Assembly: GCA_036399495.1 (NCBI GenBank)
Contig: DASWMZ010000159.1
Coordinates: 30,310-94,309, forward strand
Direction: 5' to 3'
Length of the DNA: 64,000 bases
From: Pedobacter sp.
GTDB taxonomy: Bacteria > Bacteroidota > Bacteroidia > Sphingobacteriales > Sphingobacteriaceae
In this document: positions 20,155 through 29,914 of the stretch, piece after piece
Layout of the letters: each line of letters opens with the position of its first letter
Numbering within the stretch: the first letter of the stretch is position 1
Translations under genes and position numbers: made by a program
The notes under the pieces: generated by a model
Seen by the model: the letters and a program-made list of their open reading frames with translations, nothing else
Databases searched by the model: none
What the model was told of the DNA's origin: nothing

Positions 20155-23100
20155 CTAAAATCCAATATTTGCTCCAATTACAACTGACTTAGCCTGCGGA
20201 TATGCACCTACATCAATCCCGTTAGTAGTAACGTTGGAACCAAAGCTGTTGACTTCCGGATCCCAGCCTCCATATTTGGTGAATACGAAGAAATTATTCG
20301 CCTGCGCATATAGTCTCAGCCTGCCTAAGCCGTTAATTTTAATTTTGTCGGCCGGCACTTCGTACGCCAATGAAATAGTACGAATTCGCAAGAAGGACCC
20401 GTCCTGAAGATAAAGCGGAGACGCCAAGATCGGGTTATTATTACGTGGAATAGGGATTGTTGCAGCTGCACTTGGGTTACTTGGAGTCCAGCGGTCTTCG
20501 TAAATACTGCGCCAGGTATTTCCTTCAAAAGTGGAAGCATTCAAGAAAGGCTGGTTCCATACTTTATTTCCATGCTGAAATGGAGCAAATACTGTCAGAG
20601 ACAATCTTTTAAAGTTAAGCGTACTCGTCAAACCTCCGAAGAAATCGGGGAAAGGCGAGCCGCTCCAAACCCGGTCAGAATCATCAATCACGCCATCTTT
20701 ATTTTGATCAACAGGGATAGGATCGCCCGGCCCGAACCAAGGCTGGTTATTCAGGCGATAAGCAGGCGCATTTGCTGCCTGATCCCAAGTTTGATAGAGT
20801 CCATTAGTTTGAACCAGATAAAAACCTCCAATAGGATGACCCGGCTCTGTGCGGTTGATGAAATTATTTGCTCGACTGACATTCGCTCCATTTAAAAACG
20901 GTTGGCTACCTAAGCTTACTACTTCATTCTTATTGGTTGATATATTGAAATCTAAGTTCCAAGCGAAATTTTTACGCTTTACAATAGCAGCATTAGCCGC
21001 GAACTCAATTCCTGTATTCTTAATCTTGCCAATATTGGTGGTAAAGCTATTTCCCACCCCAGAAATAACCGACAAGGGACCAGGTGCTAGTAAGCCTGAG
21101 GTGCGCTTATCATAATAATCCATAGTTAGTCGTACCCGATTTTTAAAAAGGCCAAGATCGATGCCGAAATCCATTTGATTATTACGCTCCCACTTAATGT
21201 CTTCGTTTTGGAAACGGGATGGAACTAACCCGGGAGTATAACTATTTCCAAATACAGCAGTAGACCCGGTCATCAAAGCTGCATACAAAAAGTTGCCTAT
21301 TTCCTGGCTACCGGTAGATCCATAGCTAGCCCGTAACTTCAAGTCGCTGACGGTGTGATTATCTTTAAGAAAATTCTCTTCAGACAAACGCCAACCTACC
21401 GAGGCGGAGGGGAATATACCATACTTATTATTGCCTCCAAATCTTGACGATCCGTCACGACGTACGGTACCAGTAAATAAATATTTATCCTGGAATGAAT
21501 AGTTGGCCCTAACGAATTGGGAAATCAGCGCCTGGTCGGAAACACCGCCTGAAATACTTGAAAAATTAGGATTATTTCCAAGCTGATCTAATGCATTAGT
21601 TACAGAACCATTAGCTGAAGCGAGCATGCTCCGTATTCTTACATTTTGGGCAGAAAATCCTCCAACAGCATTAACCCTGTGTTTGCCAAATTGCTTGTCG
21701 TAGTTAAGAGTTTGTTCGGCAACCCAATTATATGTATTGTTCCTTCCTTCAAAGACAGATAGGGGAGAATTAATGTCTATACCTCTCGCCCAATATGGAC
21801 TTACGGACCTTAGGTCGGTGAAAAGGTAATCTAGCCCTAAAGAAGAACGGAATTTGAGACTTGGTAAGATATTGTATTCCCCGAAAAGATTTGAAATAAT
21901 GCGATGGCGGTTTACCGCACGAGTACGCTCAGTAATATTGGCCACAGCATTGCCTCCTCCATTACCCCAAATTCCGCCACTGCCCGCAGCACCTATTAAA
22001 CTATTTGCCCTTCCAGAAAAATTACCATTTGCATCCCTCACGGGCATAATCGGAGAAAGGGTAGTCAAACCGTTAAGGTCACTTTGAAAAAAGTCATCTG
22101 TCGCCGCACTATTTTCTCCCTGTTTACTTAAGTTTGTGCGAAGCCCAAATTTTAGCTTTTCTGTAGCACGAACATCAATATTCCCGCGAATTCCTGTGCG
22201 TTTAGAGTATGTGTTCAAAACAATACCTTGGTGATTCAAGAAATCTCCAGAAATGGCATAAGTCACGCGATCGCTTCCTCCTGACACACCTAAATTATAA
22301 TTTGAAACAGGAGCCGGTCTGAAAATCTCCTCCTGCCAGTCTGTACCTTTAGGCAGCATAAAAGGATTCACTCCAACCGCATCAAATGCATCATTTAAAG
22401 ATGTCCCTCTATTCCTACGATGTTCGAATACGTAAGCTGCTCTTTCGATTGAATTTGTGACGGGTATTTTATCGCGAAGAGACTGCGCTCCATAAGAAAT
22501 ATTAAAATTAATCTGCGGTTTGCCGATTTTCCCCGATTTTGTCGTAATCAGAACCACACCATTGGCTGCACGTGCTCCATAAATAGCCGTGGCGGAAGCA
22601 TCCTTCAGTACCTCTATGGATTCAATATCATTTGGACTGATGGTATTCAAAGGACTAGCCCCATTAGAAGCAGCACCACCGGATGAGCCCTCGTTACCTA
22701 ATGATATACTGTTGATGCTCTCAACGTACAATAAAGGCACGCCATCTACCACATATAGCGGTTGATTGGCACCGCCCCCCGCTGTAGAATTGACTCCCCT
22801 TATTCTTACTTGTACCGCACCGCCAGGTGCACCGCTCGATTGCACCACCTGCACACCCGACACCCGTCCCTGTAAGGCTTGGTCGGCGCTGTTAATAGGA
22901 GTTAGCCCAATGTCTTTACTCCCAATTTTTGAAATGGCTCCAGTAACGTCCCGCTGCCTTTGAGTGCCATATCCTACCACGACAACCTCCTCCATTTTCT
23001 GCACTTCAGGTTCAAGATTTACATTTAATTCAGTCTGCTCAGACAGTGGAATACTCTTTTTAACGAAACCGATAAACGAAAATACCAGAACTTCCTCGCC

Positions 23101-23601
23101 GGTAGAGACCTTGATACGATACCTCCCGTTTTCATCGGACGATACAGCGGTTGTAGTTCCCTCTATGCTTACGCTTACGCCGGGCAAGGTTTCGCCCGTT
23201 CGAGCATCCTTTACCACACCAGTTAGGATATATTCAACAGCGCTGGCCAAAATTTCCTTCCTATCAAGAACTATGGTTTGCTGAATAATTTTATACGTCA
23301 CCGGAAGGGTGGAAAAACATTCGTCGAGAGCCTTTGTCAAAGAGACGTTTTCCAACTTGACAGTAATCTTAGCTTTCAGGTCTTCAACCTTATTATTATA
23401 AATAAAATTATATCCTGTTTGCTTCTCAATGGAATTTAGAACAGTTTCAAGGGATGTCTTTTTTAGATTAAGGGTTACGTTTTGTCCATAACTCGTACTT
23501 GAAAACACTTGTGCAAATGTTGCTAAAAGTATGATTACGGTTAGGTTCATGACCAATAGAGTTTTATAAGCTTTTGGATAAAGCCATAAAATAAAATTCA
23601 T
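20155..23601 (-). CDS. susC: SusC/RagA family TonB-dependent receptor with an N-terminal STN signalling domain
   Basis: STN-like block (LETVLNSIEKQTGYNFIY...VSLTKALDECF). Carboxypeptidase-regulatory-like domain (GVVKDARTGETLPGVSVSIEGT). Plug with VVVGYGTQRQRDVTGA. C-terminal ...VIGANIGF. The start was set to the ATG at 23601. Confidence 0.92.
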   Translation of the reverse strand: MNFILWLYPKAYKTLLVMNLTVIILLATFAQVFSSTSYGQNVTLNLKKTSLETVLNSIEKQTGYNFIYNNKVEDLKAKITVKLENVSLTKALDECFSTLPVTYKIIQQTIVLDRKEILASAVEYILTGVVKDARTGETLPGVSVSIEGTTTAVSSDENGRYRIKVSTGEEVLVFSFIGFVKKSIPLSEQTELNVNLEPEVQKMEEVVVVGYGTQRQRDVTGAISKIGSKDIGLTPINSADQALQGRVSGVQVVQSSGAPGGAVQVRIRGVNSTAGGGANQPLYVVDGVPLLYVESINSISLGNEGSSGGAASNGASPLNTISPNDIESIEVLKDASATAIYGARAANGVVLITTKSGKIGKPQINFNISYGAQSLRDKIPVTNSIERAAYVFEHRRNRGTSLNDAFDAVGVNPFMLPKGTDWQEEIFRPAPVSNYNLGVSGGSDRVTYAISGDFLNHQGIVLNTYSKRTGIRGNIDVRATEKLKFGLRTNLSKQGENSAATDDFFQSDLNGLTTLSPIMPVRDANGNFSGRANSLIGAAGSGGIWGNGGGNAVANITERTRAVNRHRIISNLFGEYNILPSLKFRSSLGLDYLFTDLRSVSPYWARGIDINSPLSVFEGRNNTYNWVAEQTLNYDKQFGKHRVNAVGGFSAQNVRIRSMLASANGSVTNALDQLGNNPNFSSISGGVSDQALISQFVRANYSFQDKYLFTGTVRRDGSSRFGGNNKYGIFPSASVGWRLSEENFLKDNHTVSDLKLRASYGSTGSQEIGNFLYAALMTGSTAVFGNSYTPGLVPSRFQNEDIKWERNNQMDFGIDLGLFKNRVRLTMDYYDKRTSGLLAPGPLSVISGVGNSFTTNIGKIKNTGIEFAANAAIVKRKNFAWNLDFNISTNKNEVVSLGSQPFLNGANVSRANNFINRTEPGHPIGGFYLVQTNGLYQTWDQAANAPAYRLNNQPWFGPGDPIPVDQNKDGVIDDSDRVWSGSPFPDFFGGLTSTLNFKRLSLTVFAPFQHGNKVWNQPFLNASTFEGNTWRSIYEDRWTPSNPSAAATIPIPRNNNPILASPLYLQDGSFLRIRTISLAYEVPADKIKINGLGRLRLYAQANNFFVFTKYGGWDPEVNSFGSNVTTNGIDVGAYPQAKSVVIGANIGF

Positions 23602-23895
23602 AATTTTGAATGTTTGGGTTAAAACTGATTTGTTTAGTTCGTTGACTATAATGAAGGTGAGCCCAGATATTGCCGGAGTTGTGCGACCAACACAATTCCG
23701 GTTTTTTTTTGAGGCTATCAACCATCATGCTGAATACTCTACAATTATGGCGGTGTATACTTTTTATCCATTGGCTCTAATCTTGGTTAGTAAATTGGTT
23801 ATATGAATTTTTAAAAAACGTGGCAAAAGTTTTGACCTATATCGAAGCGAACTTTTATAAATCCAGCTTAAATTATAAGTAGTTCTATTGATTGG

Positions 23896-25089
23896 CTAGT
23901 TAATTACAGTTATGGTTTTGCCTTCAATTCTAAACTTGACACCTTGGAATTTAAATATTTCTATAAGGTTATCTAGGTTCACATTTCTTGACATTTTCCC
24001 GGTAAACTTCAAGCTCGAAGAGTGATTTGGGAATATTACTTTGATATCATACCATCTCTCAACTTGTTGCATTATTTCTACGAGAGAGGCCTTATGGAAT
24101 TGTATAAGTCCATTTTTCCAGGCAACAACTTGGTCGGTGTTCACATCTTCAAGCACGCTAAGATGTCCCGAATGGTTAATTACTGCCTGCTGCCCGGGCT
24201 TTAATATTTTCCCGTCAGCGTTGGCGTTTACCTGGACGGAGCCTTCAATTAAAGTTGCTTTAAAGCTTTTCGCGTCTGGATAAGAGTTCACATTGAAGTG
24301 AGTGCCAAGCACTTTGACATCCCCTTTATCTGTTTTGACTATAAACGGTTTTGAGGGGTTTTTAGCAACCTCAAAATACGCTTCTCCTGTCAAGTAAACC
24401 TCGCGCTCTCTACCGGCAAAAACGGTGGGATATCTCACAGAAGATTCAGAATTAATCCAAACTTTAGTTCCATCAGCAAGAATCAATTTGTACTCTCCTC
24501 CGCGCGGAACTATTAATGAATTGTAATTAAGATTATCCCCAATTCTGGAAGTACCCTGCTTGTAAATTAAAGATGATTCGGTTGGTTGTAAAAACGTTCC
24601 GTCAGATTCAGACAATTCCGCTAGTTGATTTGAGCCAAGCGTAACCCTTTTACCATCGCTTAAAACCAAAACGGCTTGTTTAGAGCCAGGGGTAATCGCA
24701 CTCTCAGGTCTCGACTTATTGTTGACAACGTAGTTTTTCTTTCCCTGAGGTTCCTCCATTTTATAATAAATTCCCAAACCACCGGCAATAAGGATTGGTA
24801 TCAATGCAGCTGCGTATTTTAATAAATTAAACCGTGACCTTTTTTCACCAAACCCTCCCTCAAGTTTATGGTCGATAGATGACCAAGCGGCCTCAGAATC
24901 GTAAGAATTGCGTTTCTGCAATCCTCGTTCGAGATAAGCTGAAGATGTTAGGTTTTCAAACAATCGCCTGTTGGCATTATCCTCGTTAACCCATTCATCT
25001 AACGTGGATTTTTCCTCAGGCGAAATCTCGCCCTTTAAAAGCTTAGCGGTCAACCGGCTGATATGGAGATATCGCTCTGTGGGATTCAT
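23896..25089 (-). CDS. FecR family anti-sigma factor / transmembrane sensor
   Basis: N-terminal anti-sigma segment, one TM (LLKYAAALIPILIAGGLGIYY), and FecR-type periplasmic domain (YFEVAKNPSKPFIVKT, VLGTHFNV). Upstream of the STN-bearing SusC. Confidence 0.9.
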   Translation of the reverse strand: MNPTERYLHISRLTAKLLKGEISPEEKSTLDEWVNEDNANRRLFENLTSSAYLERGLQKRNSYDSEAAWSSIDHKLEGGFGEKRSRFNLLKYAAALIPILIAGGLGIYYKMEEPQGKKNYVVNNKSRPESAITPGSKQAVLVLSDGKRVTLGSNQLAELSESDGTFLQPTESSLIYKQGTSRIGDNLNYNSLIVPRGGEYKLILADGTKVWINSESSVRYPTVFAGREREVYLTGEAYFEVAKNPSKPFIVKTDKGDVKVLGTHFNVNSYPDAKSFKATLIEGSVQVNANADGKILKPGQQAVINHSGHLSVLEDVNTDQVVAWKNGLIQFHKASLVEIMQQVERWYDIKVIFPNHSSSLKFTGKMSRNVNLDNLIEIFKFQGVKFRIEGKTITVIN

Positions 25090-25183
25090 ATGATACAAAC
25101 ACCATGACGCGTAGAAAGGATGACAGACGTGCAGACTTTTTTAAAAAAAATGAAACATTTTATAAAACGTGGATTACAACGTC

Positions 25184-25339
25184 TTAAAGCGACTGCTTAA
25201 TAAAGATAAAAAGCAATGAATAATGGCTTTTTAACAAATTCTTAAGGATAACAAATCCCCGAGCTCGCATTGTTTTTACCGTATTAACTGATAGCTTCAA
25301 TTCGGCGGCTACTTCCTGGTTGCTCATTTCAAGAAAGTA
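25184..25339 (-). pseudogene. 3' remnant (region 4, 51 codons) of a second ECF sigma factor gene
   Basis: Minus-strand translation is YFLEMSNQEVAAELKLSVNTVKTMRARGFVILKNLLK... It differs at 4 of 37 positions from the intact sigma at 25811-26398. An in-frame stop lies immediately upstream, and no N-terminal part is present. Confidence 0.8.
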
Positions 25340-25487
25340 TCAAGCCGGTAAACGAAACTTAAAAAGTTATTTACTGCAATGTTTTGAAGTCTCCGGGATT
25401 CCGGTGCAAGCTGCTTAACCTCCCGAGTATTTTTACAATACATCAATTACTTTGTCTGAACGATGTACATGCGAAAACCGGGCAACT

Positions 25488-25519
25488 TAAAAAGAGGCCG
25501 GCTTTTTGGGCCGACCTCT
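25488..25519 (-). terminator. rho-independent terminator
   Basis: Minus strand reads AGAGGTCGGCC-caaaaa-GGCCGGCCTCT followed by TTTTTAAG. It lies directly after the T9SS-tail fragment. Confidence 0.7.
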
Positions 25520-25541
25520 GCATTCACTAACTAACTAACCT

Positions 25542-25739
25542 TTACTCTACAATAACTTTTGAACTGAATTTGGTACTTGCGCCGGTGATCCTAATAACGT
25601 ATACGCCGGTTTGTAAGGTTCCGGTGTTCAACACTTCGCTGACGCCGTTACTGATGAAATCAGTTTTATAAACAATCCGTCCCGACAAGTCTTTAGCGAT
25701 ACCGAAAGCTTTATGCAAATACCGCTCTGTGGGTTTCAT
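25542..25739 (-). pseudogene. chimeric remnant of a FecR N-terminus (9 codons) fused to a T9SS C-terminal sorting domain fragment
   Basis: MKPTERYLH matches the start of the intact FecR (MNPTERYLH). It continues as KAFGIAKDLSGRIVYKTDF...LQTGVYVIRITGASTKFSSKVIVE, a typical Por/T9SS C-terminal domain tail. Confidence 0.7.
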
Positions 25740-25810
25740 GTAGTAGAAACACCTTATCCCACCCAAAGGATGACAGATGGATATATTTTTTTAGAAAACA
25801 TAAAACAATA

Positions 25811-26398
25811 TCAAAAATGGGAAAGGAGCGCTGTTAAAAGGACTGGTGAATTAATAAAAAGCAATGAGGAATCCTTTTTTAAAAGGTTCTTAAGAAGAGA
25901 AAAACCCCTGGCTCGCATAGTTTTTACAGTATTAACCGAAATTTTCAATTCATCGGCAACTTCTTGGTTGCTCATTTCCAGGAAATATCTGAGATAAATT
26001 ACTTGCTGATAGCTTTTTGGGAGTTGTCTGAGAGCCTCCTGCACCTCATACAAAACTTCCGCCTCAACCAACTTATGAATGACATTTCGCTCCTCTGCGT
26101 CAGTTGTAGCAGCAACAAAATTTTCTTGAAATCTATTTATTACTTTTTTATGCTTATGGACATTGAAGCAGGCGTTCTTTGTACTCAAGTATAAAAATGC
26201 TTTAATCGAGTCAATACTGTCGAAAGTGCTTCGACGCTCCCATAATTTAACGAATGACTCTTGTACAATGTCCTCTGAATTGTCGCCTACAATACCCTCA
26301 GCAAAATAGCACACATTCTTATAGAGCAACTTAAAAACATGATTAAACGCTTTTTTATCTCCTTGTTGAAAAGCCAAAAGTGAAAATGTGTGAGACAT
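25811..26398 (-). CDS. ECF (sigma-70 family) RNA polymerase sigma factor
   Basis: Region 2 (DIVQESFVKLWERR) and region 4 HTH (MSNQEVADELKISVNTVKTMRARG). Confidence 0.92.
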   Translation of the reverse strand: MSHTFSLLAFQQGDKKAFNHVFKLLYKNVCYFAEGIVGDNSEDIVQESFVKLWERRSTFDSIDSIKAFLYLSTKNACFNVHKHKKVINRFQENFVAATTDAEERNVIHKLVEAEVLYEVQEALRQLPKSYQQVIYLRYFLEMSNQEVADELKISVNTVKTMRARGFSLLKNLLKKDSSLLFINSPVLLTALLSHF

Positions 26399-27003
26399 GA
26401 ATTTTAATTAATCATCTATACATAATACATCACTTCCAAATGACTGCTAGTGGAATGGATTGATTAGCCGGGAGTAAAGTAAAGTTAACTACTTAAATTT
26501 ACAAAAAGGGAATATCGTGTCATATTACTAGTAGCCACTTGTACAAGCGAAGTTCGACCTTTACGCGCTCTATTTCCTCCACTCCTATTTTAATTTATAT
26601 TTTCGGAGTTTCAGGCCCAAAGTGAATATTATTTTCTTAGGATACTAAAGAAGGCCAATTTCGTTGGCTCTTATTAAATAACAGTCACAGATAATCATGA
26701 AATAGCTAGTACTCCACGGAAGACTAAACCGTTCAATCTAGAGGGCTGTATCAGCCCTCTACTGCAAAAGACACCTTGTGCATGGATTTAGAACTAATGG
26801 ACTTGACGTCAATTGCCTTGTTCAAATTGTTAATAAAAGTCTGGGAGGTAATTGATTTCTTACCAAGAGTTACTGAAGATCTTAATGGTTTGACTTTTTA
26901 AGTGTCAGAAGTAAAGCTTAAATTTATCAGAAGATTATGTCATTATCGGCAGCAATGCAGCAACAGTTCCACCATCATCAACTATAGCAGAATCCTTGAT
27001 GTA

Positions 27004-27198
27004 TCAAGTAATTTGTTGTTGGATTAGAAGAGCCGATAAAATGCGTGAGAGATAATATGCTCGCTCATTGCCTGGAGGTATTTTAATATTCATGTTCCTG
27101 TCATAATAAACGCTTCCATCACGTTCCCAACGATGTAAAAAATCTTCAATTATTATTCGACATGTCTGTAGAATAGGTAAGATTAAATTGGTGTCCAT
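27004..27198 (-). CDS. 64-aa ORF of unknown function, possibly a gene fragment
   Basis: This is the only ORF of 60 aa or more in an otherwise empty AT-rich 0.85-kb stretch. No recognisable motif. An adjacent out-of-frame ORF piece ends inside a hairpin at 26749-26771. Confidence 0.25.
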   Translation of the reverse strand: MDTNLILPILQTCRIIIEDFLHRWERDGSVYYDRNMNIKIPPGNERAYYLSRILSALLIQQQIT

Positions 27199-27213
27199 AT
27201 ATATCCGAAACCA

Positions 27214-27248
27214 AATAAAAAACCCTGCAATATGACTTGCAGGGTTTT
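27214..27248 (-). terminator. rho-independent terminator of the tRNA pair
   Basis: Minus strand reads AACCCTGCAA-gtcata-TTGCAGGGTT followed by TTTTTTATTT. Confidence 0.8.
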
Positions 27249-27262
27249 AGTGTTTTATTATG

Positions 27263-27334
27263 TAGCCCGTAGGGGAATCGAACCCCTGTTTCTAGAATGA
27301 AAATCTAACGTCCTAACCCCTAGACGAACGGGCC
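27263..27334 (-). tRNA. tRNA-Glu (anticodon UUC)
   Basis: Minus strand reads GGCCCGTTCGTCTAGGGGTTAGGACGTTAGATTTTCATTCTAGAAACAGGGGTTCGATTCCCCTACGGGCTA. The cloverleaf folds by hand, the anticodon loop is TTTTCAT, and the T-loop is GGTTCGATTCC. Confidence 0.9.
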
Positions 27335-27366
27335 AAAAAAAGAAGTGTCCGAAAACACTTCTTAGG

Positions 27367-27439
<73 letters not shown>

Positions 27440-27552
27440 CTTTCGCAATCTTAGTTTCCGGCTTTTAAAACTTATTTCCTTACTCCCTTAATTGGACTGC
27501 AAAGATATATTTCGTTTCTTTGCAGTCCAAATATTTTTTTAAATAAATTTCC

Positions 27553-28431
27553 ATGTCGCATAAAGCCGGATTTGTGAGTATTGTTGGCAAGCCTAATGCA
27601 GGAAAATCTACCCTGATGAATGCGCTTGTAGGCGAGAAAATGTCGATTATCACTTCTAAAGCACAGACTACACGCCATCGTATCATAGGTATTGTTAATG
27701 AAGAAGAGTACCAAATTATATTTTCTGATACTCCAGGAGTTATTAAACCAAAGTATGGATTGCAGGAAAGCATGATGGGAGCCGTAAACGAATCGCTGGT
27801 TGATGCCGACATGATTCTCCTGGTTACTGATATCAATGAACGATTTGATGAAAATGATATTCTCGATAAGTTAAAGAAAACCTCCTCACCCATCGCGGTT
27901 GTAATTAATAAGATTGATACCTCCATACAGGAAGATGTTGAAGCCAAGATTAACTATTGGAAAGAAACGCTCAATCCCGAGGCCATTTTTGGCACCTCGG
28001 CGCTTCATAGCTATAATGTGGATGCGGTAATGCAGTTTATCCTTGATAAGCTTCCTGAACATCCGGCTTATTATGAAAAAGATACGCTTACTGATCGGAA
28101 TGAGCGCTTTTTCGTATCCGAGATGATCCGGGAGAAAATTTTCAAACTTTATCAAAAAGAAATCCCTTACAGTACAGAGATTATTATTACATCGTTTAAA
28201 GAAGAAGAAAATATAAACAGAATAAGTGCTGAAATAATTGTCGAGCGCGATTCACAAAAAAACATATTAATTGGCCCGGGAGGCTCAATGTTGAAAAAAG
28301 TAGGCACATACGCCCGCAAAGACATTGAAGAATTTCTTCAAAAGAAAGTATTTCTAGAGATGTTCGTTAAAGTTATACCTGATTGGCGGAATCGGAAAAA
28401 TTACCTGAAAAGTTTTGGGTACGGAGAATAG
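27553..28431 (+). CDS. era: GTPase Era
   Basis: G1 GKPNAGKST, G3 DTPG, G4 NKID, and a C-terminal KH domain (VERDSQKNILIGPGGSMLK). Confidence 0.95.
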   Translation: MSHKAGFVSIVGKPNAGKSTLMNALVGEKMSIITSKAQTTRHRIIGIVNEEEYQIIFSDTPGVIKPKYGLQESMMGAVNESLVDADMILLVTDINERFDENDILDKLKKTSSPIAVVINKIDTSIQEDVEAKINYWKETLNPEAIFGTSALHSYNVDAVMQFILDKLPEHPAYYEKDTLTDRNERFFVSEMIREKIFKLYQKEIPYSTEIIITSFKEEENINRISAEIIVERDSQKNILIGPGGSMLKKVGTYARKDIEEFLQKKVFLEMFVKVIPDWRNRKNYLKSFGYGE

Positions 28432-28563
28432 AGGATACAAGAATCCAGAGCCAAGAGTCAATACAGGGCATGGTTCACAATAAATAATTGATTAGAAACA
28501 AGGGATTGATAAGGCGATTGGTCTTGATTCTTACATCTTGTTTCTTGATTTCGAATAAGAACA

Positions 28564-29865
28564 ATGAGCAACATAGTAGCTATAGTTGGACGGCCCAACG
28601 TTGGAAAGTCAACTTTATATAACCGCTTAACAGAATCGCGCAAAGCGATTGTTGATGACCAGAGCGGCGTTACCCGAGATCGCCATTATGGCGCAGCAGA
28701 ATGGATCGGCAAAAACTTTACAGTAGTTGATACAGGCGGTTACGTTGCCCATTCAGAAGATGTATTTGAAGCTGCAATACGCGAACAAGTTATTATTGCA
28801 ATCGAGGAGGCAACTGTTATTTTATTCATGGTTGATGTAACCACCGGCCCTACTGATCTTGACGACAGCATTGCTGATCTCTTGAGAAGAAGCAAAAAAC
28901 CGGTATTGGTAGTTGCCAATAAAGTGGATAATAATAAACTGCTCGACGATATCCACCCCTTTTACAGTTTTGGACTGGGTGAAATTTACTCACTGTCATC
29001 AATGACTGGCTCCGGAACCGGAGAACTTTTGGATATTGTTGTGTCACACTTTGAAGAAGTACAGCCTGATGACACCGCCTTACCAAAATACGCGATTGTT
29101 GGCCGCCCTAATGTTGGCAAATCCTCTCTCATCAATGCCCTGATTGGAAAGGACAGGAATATTGTTACGCCTATCGCAGGTACAACCCGTGATTCAATTC
29201 ATATCCATTACAACCAATTTGGACATGAATTTATGCTGATTGATACCGCCGGGTTACGCAAGAAGACCAAAGTGAAAGAGAATATCGAGTTCTACTCGGT
29301 AATGCGTACCATAAAGGCTTTGGAAGAAGCCGATGTAGTCATCTTGATGATCGATGCCGTTGAAGGGATCGAATCTCAGGATATTAATATTCTTCACCTG
29401 GCAGAGAAGAACAAGAAAGGCGTTGTGATATTGGTTAACAAATGGGACTTAATTGAAAAAACTCATAAATCGACCAAAGCTTTCGAAGATGAAATGAAAC
29501 AGCGTATTGCTCCTTTTTCCGATGTGCCTATTGTGTTTACATCAGTAGTAGAGAAGCAGCGTATTTTTAAAGCTGTTGAAGCAGCCGCAAAAGTTTATGA
29601 GAACAAGACGAAAAAGATTCCCACTTCTAAACTGAACGATACGTTATTGCCGATTATAGAAAACTATCCCCCACCGGCGTTAAAAGGCAAATATGTGAAG
29701 ATTAAATATATCACTCAGATTAACGCGTCATCACCTATGTTTGCGTTTTTCTGCAATCTGCCTCAATATATAAAGGAGCCCTATAAAAGATTTATTGAGA
29801 ATAAATTAAGGGAACATTTTGATTTTAACGGTGTGCCCATTCAAATATTCTTTAGGCAAAAATAG
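28564..29865 (+). CDS. der: ribosome biogenesis GTPase Der (EngA)
   Basis: Two tandem GTPase domains ([10 protein letters not shown] twice, DTGG/DTAG, NKVD/NKWD) plus a KH-like C-terminus. Confidence 0.95.
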   Translation: MSNIVAIVGRPNVGKSTLYNRLTESRKAIVDDQSGVTRDRHYGAAEWIGKNFTVVDTGGYVAHSEDVFEAAIREQVIIAIEEATVILFMVDVTTGPTDLDDSIADLLRRSKKPVLVVANKVDNNKLLDDIHPFYSFGLGEIYSLSSMTGSGTGELLDIVVSHFEEVQPDDTALPKYAIVGRPNVGKSSLINALIGKDRNIVTPIAGTTRDSIHIHYNQFGHEFMLIDTAGLRKKTKVKENIEFYSVMRTIKALEEADVVILMIDAVEGIESQDINILHLAEKNKKGVVILVNKWDLIEKTHKSTKAFEDEMKQRIAPFSDVPIVFTSVVEKQRIFKAVEAAAKVYENKTKKIPTSKLNDTLLPIIENYPPPALKGKYVKIKYITQINASSPMFAFFCNLPQYIKEPYKRFIENKLREHFDFNGVPIQIFFRQK

Positions 29866-29914
29866 TCGAATTGTTGTGATGCTTTAATAACGCCGAATGG
29901 CTTCGTTTAAGGCA

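Noticed and set aside
25542-25766. 74-aa ORF as a genuine small gene
   Set aside because: It is a fusion of 9 FecR codons with a T9SS sorting tail and lacks any passenger domain. It is better explained as a deletion scar (see finding).
27480-27947. 155-aa ORF antisense to era, and similar antisense ORFs inside the SusC, metH, thrA, RND and MFP genes (for example 63195-63572 and 22964-23284)
   Set aside because: All are nested in strongly supported genes on the other strand and show no recognisable domains. I treat them as shadow ORFs.
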